Positions 50,200 through 60,856 of a DNA stretch of 64,000 bases are shown one piece after another. Position numbers and translations under genes: made by a program. Location: positions 113,181 to 177,180 of the forward strand of contig CAVQEA010000014.1 of the NCBI GenBank assembly GCA_963711395.1, read 5' to 3'. Each line of letters starts with the position of its first letter. The stretch's first letter is position 1. The notes beneath the pieces were generated by a model. That model ran no database searches. It saw only the letters and a list, made by a program, of their open reading frames with translations, and had not been told where the DNA came from. The DNA is from an uncultured delta proteobacterium. Its GTDB lineage: Bacteria > Desulfobacterota > Binatia > JACPRU01.

Positions 50200-50918
50200 G
50201 TGGCGCATCGTTCCGCGAAATCGTCTGCAGGGACCGGGGCGAGCTGGCGCGCGCCGTAGCCGAGGGCGTGGCGGCGCTCTCCCGCTCTCCCGGTGGCGAG
50301 CGACGCGCAATCGCGCTCTCGGGTGGGTCGACTCCGAAGGCACTCTACGAGACGCTCGCCGGGCAAGCGTTCCGCGAGCGGGTCGACTGGTCCCGTGTGG
50401 AACTGTTCTTCAGCGACGAGCGGTCGGTGCCACCGGACGATCCGGAATCGAACTACGGGCTCGCCGCACGAACGTTGCTCACGGCGGTGAAGCCGGCGGC
50501 CGTCCACCGCATGGTCGCCGAAAGCGGCGACGCCGAAGGTTACGAGCGGCTCGTGCACGAGCGCGTCGGCCGGCGGCGCGATGGCATCCCGATCTTCGAC
50601 CTCGTCTTCCTCGGTATGGGCGATGACGGTCACACCGCCTCGCTCTTTCCCGGCACGCGCGCGCTCGAAGAGCGCCAGCGGCTGGTAGTGATGAACGATG
50701 TCCCGCAGAAGCAGACCCGCCGCATGACGTTCACCTACCCTTTGATCGACGCCGCCGACCGCGTCTGGGTGCTGATCGCCGGCGCCGACAAGCACGCGAT
50801 GGTCGCCCGCTGTCGCGAGGCGCGCGCGCGGGGAGACCGCCCGGTCCCCGTGCTCCGCGTCTCGCCCGCGGGCGAGCTCGTCTGGTGGCTCGACGACGCG
50901 GCGAGCAACGGCGCATGA
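50196..50918 (+). CDS. pgl: 6-phosphogluconolactonase.
   Basis: [50 protein letters not shown] start overlapping the zwf stop. Stop overlaps the glk start (ATGA). Confidence 0.8.
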   Translation: MSGASFREIVCRDRGELARAVAEGVAALSRSPGGERRAIALSGGSTPKALYETLAGQAFRERVDWSRVELFFSDERSVPPDDPESNYGLAARTLLTAVKPAAVHRMVAESGDAEGYERLVHERVGRRRDGIPIFDLVFLGMGDDGHTASLFPGTRALEERQRLVVMNDVPQKQTRRMTFTYPLIDAADRVWVLIAGADKHAMVARCREARARGDRPVPVLRVSPAGELVWWLDDAASNGA

Positions 50919-51905
50919 GCCAGCTCCTCCTCGCCGGCGACATCGGGGGCACGAAGACGAGCTTGGCGATCTGCGCGTCCGGGGTCGGGGGCCGTCTCTC
51001 CGTCGTGCGCGAAGCGACGTTTCCGAGCAAGCAGTACGATGGCCTCGAGAAGATCGTCGCCGAGTTCATCGCTGCCGGGCGCGAGCGGGTGCGCGCGGCG
51101 GCCTTCGGCGTCGCCGGGCCGGTGGTCGACGATCGCGTGAAGACGACGAACCTACCCTGGGTCGTGCGCAGCCGGAGCTTGGCTCGCCTCCTCGGCTGTT
51201 CGCGCGTCCGGCTCATGAACGATCTCGAGGCGACTGCCTACGGCGGCCTGTTCCTCCGCGCGAAGCAGATCGCATGGCTCGCACGCGGCAAGCGGCGCAA
51301 GGCCAACATCGCGGTGATCGCCGCGGGAACGGGTCTGGGTCAGGCATTTCTCTTCTGGGACGGAGCGCGGCACCACCCGGTCGCGCACCGAAGGCGGGCA
51401 CGTCGATTTCGCGCCACGCAACGACAAGGAGATCGCGCTGCTCGTATTCCTGCAGAAGCGCTTCGCGCGGGTGTCCTACGAGCGGCTGCTCTCCGGCCCC
51501 GGGCTCGTCAGCATCTTTCGTTTCTTCGACGAAGAGGTCGGCCGGCCGGTTACGGCGCGCGTGCGCGAGCGCATGGCGAACGAGGACCCCGCGGCGGTGA
51601 TCGGCGAGGAAGGGGTCGCGGGCAGCTGCCCCGCGTCGGTCGATGCAGTCGAGACGTTCGTGTCGATCTATGGCGCGCAAGCGGGGAACCTCGCGCTGAC
51701 GGTTTTCGGAATCGGCGGCGTGCTCCTCGGAGGCGCCGTCGCCGTCAAGATGCTGCCGAAGCTGAAGGCTCCGGGTTTCCTCGAAGCCTTCCGCGACAAG
51801 GGCCGCTATGTCGACTTCATGTCACAGATCCCGGTTGGCGTGATGCTCGAAACGAAAGCGGCGCTCGTCGGCGCCGCGCACGCCGCGGCCGAGATCGCGC
51901 ATTGA
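50915..51905 (+). CDS. glk: Glucokinase (ROK-unrelated Glk family), with one apparent frameshift near 51385.
   Basis: [69 protein letters not shown]. Confidence 0.85.
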
Positions 51906-51910
51906 CGCCG

Positions 51911-54542
51911 ATGGCGACCGCCGAGCAACTGCGCATCGACGAGGCGGCACGGCGCCTGGTGCACTGGCGCCGCTGGGGTCCGTATCTCAGCGAGCGACAG
52001 TGGGGGACCGTCCGCGAAGACTACAGCGCCACGGGCACCGCTTGGGACTACTTGACGCACGACCACGCGCGCTCGCGCGCGTATCGCTGGGGCGAGGATG
52101 GGATCGGCGGCATCTGCGACAACCACCAGCGGCTGTGCTTCGCCATCGCCCTCTGGAACGGCCGCGACCCGATCCTCAAGGAAAGGCTGTTCGGGCTGAG
52201 CGGCACCGAAGGCAACCACGCCGAGGACGTGAAGGAGTACTACTTCTATCTCGACAACACTCCGACGCACTCCTACATGAAGTTCCTCTACAAGTATCCG
52301 CAGGCGGCATACCCGTACTCGCAGCTCGTCGAGGAGAACCACCGCCGCGGCCGCAATCAGCCGGAGTTCGAGCTGCTCGACACCGGCGTGTTCGCCGCCA
52401 ACCGCTACTTCGACGTCTTCGTCGAATACGCCAAGGCGACGCACGAGGACGTGTTGATCCGCATCACGGCGGTCAACCGCGGCGCCGAGCCGGCCGTACT
52501 GCACCTGCTGCCCACGCTCTGGTATCGCAACACGTGGTCGTGGAGCCACGTCGCGCGCCGCCCTCGGCTGCGCGATCGCACGGCCACCGGAGAGTTCTCG
52601 ACCATCGAGGCCGAGCACGAGACGCTCGGGCAACGCTGGCTCCACGTGCGCGGCGCGCCCGAGCTCGTCTTCACCGAGAACGAGACGAACCTGGAGCGCT
52701 TTCCGGGCCCCAACGTCGATCGTCCATTCGTCAAGGACGCCTTCCACGAGCTCTTGATCCGCGGCCGGCGCGACGCGGTGAACCCGCAGCACGTCGGCAC
52801 CAAGGCCGCCGCCCTCCATCGCCTCGAGCTCGCCGGCGGCGCCACGGCGACGATCGAGCTTCGCCTGCGTGATGCGATCCGACGCCCGCGGCCTCTTCGG
52901 CCCCGACTTCGACGCCGTCTTCGACCAGCGCATCGCCGAGGCCGACGAGTTCTACGCCACCGTGATCCCCACCGCGCTCGACCCCGACCGCCGCAACGTC
53001 TGCCGCCAGGCGTTCGCCGGCCTCCTGTGGAGCAAGCAGTTCTACTACTACGACGTGCCGACGTGGCTGCGCGGCGACCCCACCGAGCCGCCGCCTCCCG
53101 CGGAGCGACTGCACGGCCGCAACTCGGACTGGACGCACCTCTACAACGAGGACGTGCTGTCGATGCCCGACACGTGGGAGTACCCCTGGTACGCCGCCTG
53201 GGACCTCGCTTTCCACTGCGTTGCCCTGGCGCTCGTCGACTCCGACTTCGCCAAGCGACAGCTGAAGCTGCTGCTCCGCGAGTGGTACATGCACCCGAAC
53301 GGGCAGATCCCCGCCTACGAGTGGAAGCTCAGCGACGTCAACCCGCCGGTGCACGCGTGGGCGTCGTGGCGAATCTACAAGATCGAGGAGCGACACAGTG
53401 GACGTCCTGATCCGGTGTTCCTCGAGAAGGTCTTCCACAAGCTGTTGCTCAACTTCACGTGGTGGGTGAACCGCAAGGACCTCACCGGCAACAACATCTT
53501 CCAGGGCGGATTCCTCGGGCTCGACAACATCGGCGTCTTCGACCGCAGCGCGGAGCTGCCGACCGGCGGCTTTCTCGAGCAGTCCGACGGCACGAGCTGG
53601 ATGGCGATGTACTGTCTCAACTTGCTGGAGATCGCCATGGAGCTCGGCCGGCACAATCCGAGCTACGAGGACGTGGCGAGCAAGTTCTTCGAGCACTTCA
53701 TGTACATCGCCCACGCGATGAACACGCTCGGGCTCTGGGACGAGGACGACGGCTTCTTCTACGACGCGCTGCGCCTGCCGAACGGCAGCGTGCAGCCGCT
53801 CAAGGTGCGCTCGATGGTCGGCCTGATCCCGCTCTTCGCGGTCAGCACCGTCGAAGACGCGGATCTCGCCCAGCTGCCGCGCTTCCGCTCGCGTCTGCTG
53901 TGGTTCGTGAAGAATCGTCCGGACATCTGCCAGATCGTCGCCAAGATGAACGAGCTGGCGCCGGCGAATCGCCGCTTGCTCTCGATCCTCAACCCCGAGC
54001 GACTGCGGCGCGTGCTCAAGGTGATGCTCGACGAGACGGAGTTTCTCTCGCCTTACGGCATTCGCGCGCTGTCCCGCTACCATCTCAAGCATCCGTACGT
54101 GCTGCACGCGGACGGCGCGGAGCACGGCGTCCGCTACGAGCCCGCGGAGTCGACGACGGGACTCTTCGGCGGCAACTCGAACTGGCGCGGGCCGATCTGG
54201 TTTCCGCTCAACTTTCTCATCATCGAGTCGCTGCAGAAGTACCACTACTACTACGGCGACGACTTCCAGGTGGAGTTTCCGACCGGCTCGGGCGAGATGA
54301 TGACGCTCTGGGACGTGGCGCGCGAGCTATCGAAGCGCCTGGCGTCGATCTTCCTGCGTGACCCGAAAGGGCGCCGCCCCGTCTACGGCGGGGTCGAAAC
54401 GTTTCAGACCGACCCCGACTGGCGAGACCACATCCTCTTCTACGAGTACTTCCACGGCGACAACGGCGCGGGCCTCGGCGCCAGCCACCAGACCGGGTGG
54501 ACGGCGCTGGTCGCCAAGTTGCTGGTGCAGATCGCGGGCTAG
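51911..54542 (+). CDS. Large glycoside hydrolase of the GH63-like (MGH1 / processing alpha-glucosidase-like) (alpha/alpha)6 type, about 877 aa, with one apparent frameshift near 52870.
   Basis: Length, the conserved W/Y-rich segments ([62 protein letters not shown]) and co-location with zwf-pgl-glk. The family call is by resemblance and not verified. Confidence 0.6.
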
Positions 54543-54575
54543 GGAACGCGGCGCTCGCGGGACGCCGCGCGCGGC

Positions 54576-55310
54576 TCAGGCGGTCTCGAGGCCGATGCGG
54601 AACGTCGCGTCGTAGCCGTCGCCGAAACGGGCGAGCACGGCCTCGAGCGAGCTTCGGTAGAGGGAGTCGGTCGAGTTCGTTCGATCGCGCCTCCCCCGCC
54701 CGTCGTACGGAGCGCGGGCGAGCACCGCGTCGGTGGTCGCATCGTCGAAGTACATCTGTGTGGTGAGCTCGATCGCCGTGTTCTCCGAGGCGTCGAAAAC
54801 ACGGACCAGAACGTGGACGTGCACAGTGCGGCCGGAATACCAGCCGGGGTAGATCGTGCGAAACGTCACGGCGCCGTCGTCGTCGGTGATCTGGTAGCCG
54901 CGGAGATACGTCTGTCCGCGAGTGCCGAGCGCCGCCTCGTCCGAATAGGTGCCGAGGGCATCGGCATGCCAGACGTCGACCTGCGCGCCGGAGAGCGGCG
55001 CGTATACGCCGCCGCTGACTTCGTAGACGGCGAGGCTGAACGCGAGCGGCACTCCATCCACGACTCCGCGACGGGTCGTTCCGCTCGTGAGATCGGAGCG
55101 GTTCAGGCGCTCGTCGACGAAGTAAGGACCGATGGTTTCCTCGGGAGTGGCCACGCACGACAGCGAGCTCGCTGCGATCGAGGACGATGACTCGCCCACG
55201 GAGGAGTCGGTGCTTCCACCGCAGCGTAGGAAGGCGACCGCCGCCGCGCCCGACATCAGCCGCAGCGCTCCGCGGCGGTCGAGAGTCGGCAAGCTTCGCA
55301 GTGCCCTCAC
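54576..55310 (-). CDS. Secreted intradiol ring-cleavage dioxygenase-like domain protein with a Tat-type signal (about 244 aa).
   Basis: Signal VRALRSLPTLDRRGALRLMSGAAAVAFL. Core TIGPYFVDERLNRSDL...GVPLAFSLAVYEV...GAQVDVWHADALGTYSD...YLRGYQITDDDGAVTFRTIYPGWYSGRTVHVHVLV matches the intradiol dioxygenase beta-sandwich. The GTG start overlaps the upstream stop. Confidence 0.65.
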   Translation of the reverse strand: MRALRSLPTLDRRGALRLMSGAAAVAFLRCGGSTDSSVGESSSSIAASSLSCVATPEETIGPYFVDERLNRSDLTSGTTRRGVVDGVPLAFSLAVYEVSGGVYAPLSGAQVDVWHADALGTYSDEAALGTRGQTYLRGYQITDDDGAVTFRTIYPGWYSGRTVHVHVLVRVFDASENTAIELTTQMYFDDATTDAVLARAPYDGRGRRDRTNSTDSLYRSSLEAVLARFGDGYDATFRIGLETA

Positions 55311-55862
55311 CGATCGGTTCCCTCCATGAGTTGGCGCATCTCGGTCTGCAGCTTGTCCATCTTCTGCTTCACCTCGGTGACCCGAGCGAGCTGCTCGGGC
55401 GTGAGCACGGCGCGGACCGCCAACGTGGTCTTCACCCCTTGCTCCATGAGCTGGCGGCGTAGCGCGCTGGTGCGATCGATCTCCGGCATCAAGTCGGCGA
55501 GCTTCCCGTCCTGCGAGGCGAAGAGCTTGTTCGAGAGCTCGCGGTTCGCGCGGTCGAGCTGCGCGAACAGACTGCGCAGCTGTTCTCGATCCGCGTCGAG
55601 GATCTTCTTCACCTTCTCGTGCTGTTCGGGAGTCAACTTGGCTTGATGGAGCATCAACGGCAGGAGCGGCCCGGGACCCTCCGCGCCGAACATCATCATC
55701 GGCGGCGGCCCCGGCGGGCCGCCGGGAGGCGGCGCGGGCAGCATCACGTCGAACTGCGGCGGCTCCGCGAGTGCCGGCATCGGCAGCCCGCCCCGCTCGG
55801 CACCCCACCACAAGCCGAAAGCGGTCGTGCAGATCGCGATCTTGGTTTTGCGGTTCACGGTC
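55307..55862 (-). CDS. Periplasmic Spy/CpxP/ZraP-family (LTXXQ) protein with a Pro/Gly/Met-rich segment.
   Basis: Signal MTVNRKTKIAICTTAFGLWW, PPPGGPPGPPPMMMFG, then LTPEQHEKVKKILDADREQLRSL ... LTPEQLARVTEVKQKMDKLQ (two LTPEQ motifs). Confidence 0.65.
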
Positions 55863-55886
55863 ATCTCCTTCTCTCCGATCCACGGC

Positions 55887-56420
55887 TCAGAAAAAGAGCG
55901 CGGACGTATAGTCGCTGCAATCGGCGCCGACGAAGCGCTCTGCGGTGCAAGGCGTGCCGAGCCCGAGCGCACGCTCGACCTCGGGAGCCTCCGTGACCGT
56001 AAGTCGTGCGCCCCCGCCGGAAGGGAGCGCCATGGCCAGCAACGCTCGCTCTCCGCTCGTGTCGAACAGCGCATCCGAGACCTCTTCCGCGGAACCGCTC
56101 ACCGAGGCATCGGCGACGCCGTCGCCACCCACCCGGTCGAGAGGCCGCCGTTCGTAGAGCCGGTGAACTCCCACGACCGCGACGAGCGTCGCGACGGCGA
56201 GGGCCGGAACGAGGCGCCACGACGGCGATCGACGATGCTGCCGACGGACGAGCGCCGGCGGCGCCCCCCGCAGCGCCTGGCCGATGCCGCCGAGGTCGGC
56301 GGCCACCGCTTGAAGCCGTGTTGTGCAACGGGGACACCCGTCGCAGTGCTCGCGCTCCGCCGCGGTTCCCTCACCGACGGAAAGCAAAACGATCGCTCGT
56401 TCGCTGAGACAGCGCTTCAT
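55887..56420 (-). CDS. Anti-sigma factor with an N-terminal zinc-finger (ZAS-like HCDGCPRC) and one TM helix.
   Basis: MKRCLSERAIVLLSVGEGTAAEREHCDGCPRCTTRLQAV, TM LVPALAVATLVAVVGV, and a periplasmic C-terminal domain. It lies immediately downstream of the ECF sigma gene. Confidence 0.7.
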   Translation of the reverse strand: MKRCLSERAIVLLSVGEGTAAEREHCDGCPRCTTRLQAVAADLGGIGQALRGAPPALVRRQHRRSPSWRLVPALAVATLVAVVGVHRLYERRPLDRVGGDGVADASVSGSAEEVSDALFDTSGERALLAMALPSGGGARLTVTEAPEVERALGLGTPCTAERFVGADCSDYTSALFF

Positions 56421-56948
56421 GATTCTCCTCGCAGCGCACCGCGCATGCGCTGAACCGCGCGGAAGAGATGCCGCTTGACGCTCCCGCCAGTCACGCCGAG
56501 GGTCTCGGCCGTCTCCTCCGTCGAGCACGCCTTCCAGGAAGCGCAGCGCGAACACCTCGCGCTGGCGGGCCGGCAGCCCGCGGAAGGCTCTCCAGATCTC
56601 GCGGCGCTGCTCGGCGCCGAGAGCTTCTTCTTCGGGAGTGGGAGCATCCGCGGTGAACGCGGCCTCGTCGAACCCTCGAGTCTCGGCGCGCCAGCTCCTC
56701 CACCACGTCGCTCGCCACCGGTCGCGACAGGCGTTCACGGTGACGCGATTCAGCCACGGGCCCCAGGCGACCTCGTCGCCGCTCGCGGAGAGCTGATGGA
56801 GCATCTTGAGGAACACCTCCTGGCTCACGTCGTGTGCCTCGTCAGGATCGGACAGGAGAAGCCGGCAAAGCCGCAAAACGCGCGGGCGATAGGCGCCGTA
56901 GAGCTCTTCGTAGTTCACGGAGTCCGCCGCCGCAGCCGCACCGACCAT
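56417..56948 (-). CDS. RNA polymerase ECF-type sigma-70 factor. Its C-terminal region 4 is in a shifted frame (ORF 56417..56647).
   Basis: Region 2: YRPRVLRLCRLLLSDPDEAHDVSQEVFLKMLHQL. Region 4: REVFALRFLEG...STEETAETLGVTGGSVKRHLFRAVQRMR. Confidence 0.8.
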
Positions 56949-57010
56949 GATCGCGCGAAGTCCTGCGAGTCAGCGGCAGGCGCGCTCCGAACGGCGCCGC
57001 GATGGCGTCC

Positions 57011-57565
57011 TCATGGCGTATCACCCGACGCGCCCTCCGAGCCAGGCTGGCTCACGACTTTGAGAAGCTCGCCGTCCATCGCGGTGACGGCCTTGCGCTG
57101 CTCGGGTTTGAGGCCGCCGCGCACGCGCAACAGGACCGCCACTTCGCGATCGACGATCTCTTGGCGCAGCGCGGCTATGCGCTTGAGGATCGGAGCGAGC
57201 TCGGCCTGCGTCGGCGGCCGCCCGCCGACGAAGATCCGCCTGGCGAGCTCGACGTCGAGCCTTGCGATCTGCTTCAGCCGCTCGCGGATCGCCGAGCCCT
57301 CGGCCTCGACGAGTTGCACCGCATCGGAGCCCTGCTCGTCGTCGAGGCCCGCCGACTGCAACACTAGGGGGATCAGCATGCCGGGACCGTCACCGATGAC
57401 GACGGGCACGACTAGAGGTGTCGCGGAGGCATTTTCCGCTCGGACCGCGCGGGGATACACGGAGGCGCCGCAAAGCACCGCCAGCGCCGTGATCCCGATC
57501 TTCCTGAAATCGATCGAGTTCGTGGCCAAGAATTTCCCTCCTCGGCGCGAAGAACGATCGAGCAC
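57011..57565 (-). CDS. Second Spy/CpxP-family (LTXXQ-like) periplasmic protein (184 aa).
   Basis: Signal peptide, then LDDEQGSDAVQLVEAEGSAIRERLKQIARLDVELARRIF and LKPEQRKAVTAMDGEL motifs. Confidence 0.55.
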   Translation of the reverse strand: MLDRSSRRGGKFLATNSIDFRKIGITALAVLCGASVYPRAVRAENASATPLVVPVVIGDGPGMLIPLVLQSAGLDDEQGSDAVQLVEAEGSAIRERLKQIARLDVELARRIFVGGRPPTQAELAPILKRIAALRQEIVDREVAVLLRVRGGLKPEQRKAVTAMDGELLKVVSQPGSEGASGDTP

Positions 57566-57641
57566 TCGCTTCGGTTGACCGCTCGCGAGATTATTCTTCC
57601 GCCGGGCGGCAATGCGGGCTCCGGCAACGCGAGCCGCCGGT

Positions 57642-58796
57642 CTAGCAGTCCGTGAAATAGCTCTTCCGCTGGCGCAACTTCGGATTGCGCTTCGGATGCT
57701 GCTGCTCGAGCGCGGCCCGGTACTCGTTCTCTCGCTCGACGACGAATTTCTCCTCGTGCACTCCGTACGACGAGGCGAGCGGATCGCGGGTCAGCCAAAG
57801 GTTCGAGTAGGGAGTGTTGTCGACTTGGCCGCGCGCGATGCGAGCGGCGTGCTCTAGCTCGTGCAGCAGCGCGACGTCGGGAGTCATTCCCGAAGGGCAA
57901 CTCGTCGGGTCGGGAAGCGTCTCGGGTTGATAGTAGATGGTCGATCCGACGCCGGCCCCGGTTCCTTTGAGGAGGCCCCCGAAGTACTGTTTGTTGCCTC
58001 CTACCGGGACGCCGTCGCGGGCATAGACGTCGAGGCCTAGTGCCGTCGCCGCCTGCCACTCCGCATTCGTCGGTGGATCGGCGCTGCTGCCCGGGCGAGT
58101 GAATGGGGTCGTTTTGCCGGATTTCCCCCGCATCGGCACCGTGCCCCAACGCACATAGACGCTGCGCTGTTCGTCCCGAGGTGTACTGTTGCCAAGAGCT
58201 CGGACGAGCTGAAGTAGAAACTCGAAGCCGACGTTCCCGCTCGGATCCGAGACGGAGGCGATGGCGCTCAAGTCGTCGAGCGCGGCCTGCGCGAACGACG
58301 GATGGTTCGCGTCCTTGGGGATCACCAACACGCCGTCGAGGCGATAGTCCAAGACGGTCTCGCAGACCTCGATCACCGGGCTTTGATCGGAGCGATCGAC
58401 CGGGCTGCGCAGGTAGCGTCGGACAGTGCCCTGCGCCTTCTGGCAGTTGCAGATCCTGGTTGGCGTGCCCGTCGAACCCGTGCGTGCCGCCCCGCTAGCA
58501 GCGTCTTCAGCAGCCGCGCACGCGCCCGGGTCCGCCGGCGTCGGCTGCGGCGGCGTGGGCCGCCGCCTCTGTCGGGGCTTCGGGGTCGGCGTCGACGGCT
58601 CCCTGCCGCTGGCCTGCTGCTCCGCGCGAATCGCGCACTCCGGGCGCTCGGGAAATCGCTGGCACAGGGTAGTCGGGTCCGCTAGCTCCTCTTGCGAAGC
58701 CGCCTGTTCCCCGCCGACCACGAGCATGGCGAGCGCGACGCTCACCAGGACTCGCGTGGCCGTAGCTCCTGAGCTCCACGGCGGCAGCATCGGCAA
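57642..58796 (-). CDS. Secreted or membrane-anchored putative zinc metallopeptidase (HExxH) with a Pro-rich linker (384 aa).
   Basis: N-terminal hydrophobic anchor VLVSVALAMLVVGG, a Pro-rich 40 aa, and a C-terminal domain with LLHELEHAARIARG (HExxH) followed by acidic residues. The family is not recognised. Confidence 0.5.
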   Translation of the reverse strand: MPMLPPWSSGATATRVLVSVALAMLVVGGEQAASQEELADPTTLCQRFPERPECAIRAEQQASGREPSTPTPKPRQRRRPTPPQPTPADPGACAAAEDAASGAARTGSTGTPTRICNCQKAQGTVRRYLRSPVDRSDQSPVIEVCETVLDYRLDGVLVIPKDANHPSFAQAALDDLSAIASVSDPSGNVGFEFLLQLVRALGNSTPRDEQRSVYVRWGTVPMRGKSGKTTPFTRPGSSADPPTNAEWQAATALGLDVYARDGVPVGGNKQYFGGLLKGTGAGVGSTIYYQPETLPDPTSCPSGMTPDVALLHELEHAARIARGQVDNTPYSNLWLTRDPLASSYGVHEEKFVVERENEYRAALEQQHPKRNPKLRQRKSYFTDC

Positions 58797-58881
58797 GGCG
58801 CCTACTCGCCACGGGTCGGCACGTCAATGGTCCAGGGGAAGTCCCGCGGCGGGCTCGACGACCCGCGCGCGCCCCCGTACC

Positions 58882-59845
58882 CTACGACGCGCGCCTTTCG
58901 GTCCGAGCCGCGGTCTCACTCGACTCTCGCAGGCGGGTGACGAGCTCGCCCGCGTCGGTCTTGGAAAGATGGAACACGAGTGGATAGTGCACGCTCGCCA
59001 GCCCGACCGAGGAAGTGCCGAATCGCCAGGTGGCGGCCTGCCGCTCGACGGTCGTGACGAAGCCCCGGTCCGCGAGCCCGAGAGAAGTCGAGCGGACATA
59101 GGCGACCGTGCCGTCGGCGGCGAGCGTCATGTGCAGCGTCATCACGCCCTCGGCCGTGGCATCGGCTTGCAACACGGCGAGATAACTCTGCTGGAGCTCG
59201 GTGAAATGCTCCTCGACAGCGCGTCGGATGACCGCCTCGGATCGCCCTGGATCAGAGGCCGCCGTGCCGGCGATCTTGATGCCCATTTGGTCCGCGGTTG
59301 CGACTTGGCCGACCGGCTGCGGGATCGCTGGTTGTGGAGTGGCGGAAGGCACCGGGGCCGCCGTGCTGCCGCCCTGCAAGCGGGCTGCCTTGATACCGAG
59401 AACGAGAAGCAGCGCCACGATGAGCCCCGAGACCATCCCGAGCGTGTTCACGCCGAAGAGTCCGGAGCGCTCCTCGTCCCGGTGACGGCGGAACGGGACC
59501 AGTACCTCGTCGGAAGCGGGAAGCGGGACGGCGCGCGTCAGAGCAGCACCGCAGAGGTCGCAAATCCGCGCGGCGACGGAAACACTGCGCGCCACAGGCG
59601 GGACAGAGCGCGACCTCTCGAGGGCGCGGCGCGATGGACACCAGCGCGGTGGCCGGCTCGCTCCCGTGCCGCGTACCGCATCCGGGGCAGAAACGGTCGG
59701 CGGCCGAGGCCGCTGCGCCGCAGTTCGAGCAGCGCGGAAACGGCGTGGCCGTTTCATCGGATACGACCAACGGATCGCCGCAGGCCGTGCATAGTTGCTT
59801 GTCGTCCGGATAGTCGATCGCGCAACGCGCGCAGCGCATGCTCAC
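58882..59845 (-). CDS. Zinc-ribbon / TM / Pro-rich / TonB-C-terminal-domain protein (AgmX-like architecture), with an apparent frameshift near 59300.
   Basis: N-terminus CARCAIDYPDDKQLCTACG...CSNCG...CPGCG...CPACG (four zinc ribbons, ORF 59252..59845). TM LIVALLLVLGI. C-terminus EAVIRRAVEEHFTELQQSYL...GVMTLHMTLAADGTV...WRF (TonB_C-like, ORF 58882..59757). Confidence 0.65.
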
Positions 59846-60690
59846 GGCGTCGCCTTCCTGCCGAGGCCCAGCGCGGCTCGCGTCTCGGTGTCGATCGCGC
59901 CCGTCGCTGTCAGGCCGTAGTCGGTTTGGAAGGACTGCAGCGCCGTCCGCGTCTGCAGGCCGAACCGACCGTCGATCGGGCCGGGATCGTGACCAAGCTC
60001 CTTCAGCCGGCCTTGCACCTGCATCAGATCGCGGCTTGCGGCGGTATTCTTCGCTTCGCGCGGCTTGGTCTCCGTACCAACTACCGCGAAGCGTGTGTCT
60101 CGGCTGTCGACGAGCTTGCCCGTGCGTATGCTACTACGGATGACGTACGCTCCGGGCTTGGCCTCTCGGGGCAAACCGATCGATCCCCACGCACGCCATC
60201 CACCTGGACCACGGCGCTCGGTGTGGGGCGACGTGGCGATGAGCGTCTTGCCGTCTTTCAAGATCTCCCACTCTTCGGAGACGTCGAGCTCCTTCGCGGA
60301 GCCGAGCAGCGCGTATTCCACCTCGAAAGAGATGGCCTTACCTGGATTGGCCGCGGCGGGTTCGACCCACGCGTGGGAGAGCTTCAACACGGTGCCCTGC
60401 GACTCCTTGTAGCCGATCGCCTTGGCTTCCGCCTCCGCCCCTCGCGTCTGGCGCGTGTGATAAGTTCTCACCGCTACGCCCCCGGAATTGCTCGGGGCTA
60501 CGACGCGATCGACCTCCTCGGCGTCTTCTGTCGGGCGCGTGGTCGGCATGGCGCAGCCAGACAACACGACGAGGACCGTGGCGAGGGCGAACCAGCGACC
60601 GCTAGGCGCGGCGGAGAGGCGGGAGATTTTCTCGGCCGCCTCTCTTCGCTCGTCCTTCGAGCTGACCGGACTCTTGCTCTCGAGGTTCAT
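59842..60690 (-). CDS. Lipoprotein with a C-terminal peptidoglycan-binding (PG_binding_1) domain.
   Basis: Lipobox LVVLSGCAM. C-terminus DLMQVQGRLKELGHDPGPIDGRFGLQTRTALQSFQTDYGLTATGAIDTETRAAL. Confidence 0.7.
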   Translation of the reverse strand: MNLESKSPVSSKDERREAAEKISRLSAAPSGRWFALATVLVVLSGCAMPTTRPTEDAEEVDRVVAPSNSGGVAVRTYHTRQTRGAEAEAKAIGYKESQGTVLKLSHAWVEPAAANPGKAISFEVEYALLGSAKELDVSEEWEILKDGKTLIATSPHTERRGPGGWRAWGSIGLPREAKPGAYVIRSSIRTGKLVDSRDTRFAVVGTETKPREAKNTAASRDLMQVQGRLKELGHDPGPIDGRFGLQTRTALQSFQTDYGLTATGAIDTETRAALGLGRKATP

Positions 60691-60856
60691 CGGTTCCGTA
60701 CCGCATCCGTTATTGTCACTGATACGGGGCGATTGCGGCAAGCGCGCCGGCCAAACCACGGGAAAGCCGAGCCGCTCCCCCCGGGTTCGTGGAATCGATG
60801 CCGCTGCCCCGCGTATACTGTCGCGCCACGGCGATGGTCGCGTCGGGAGCGCAGTC

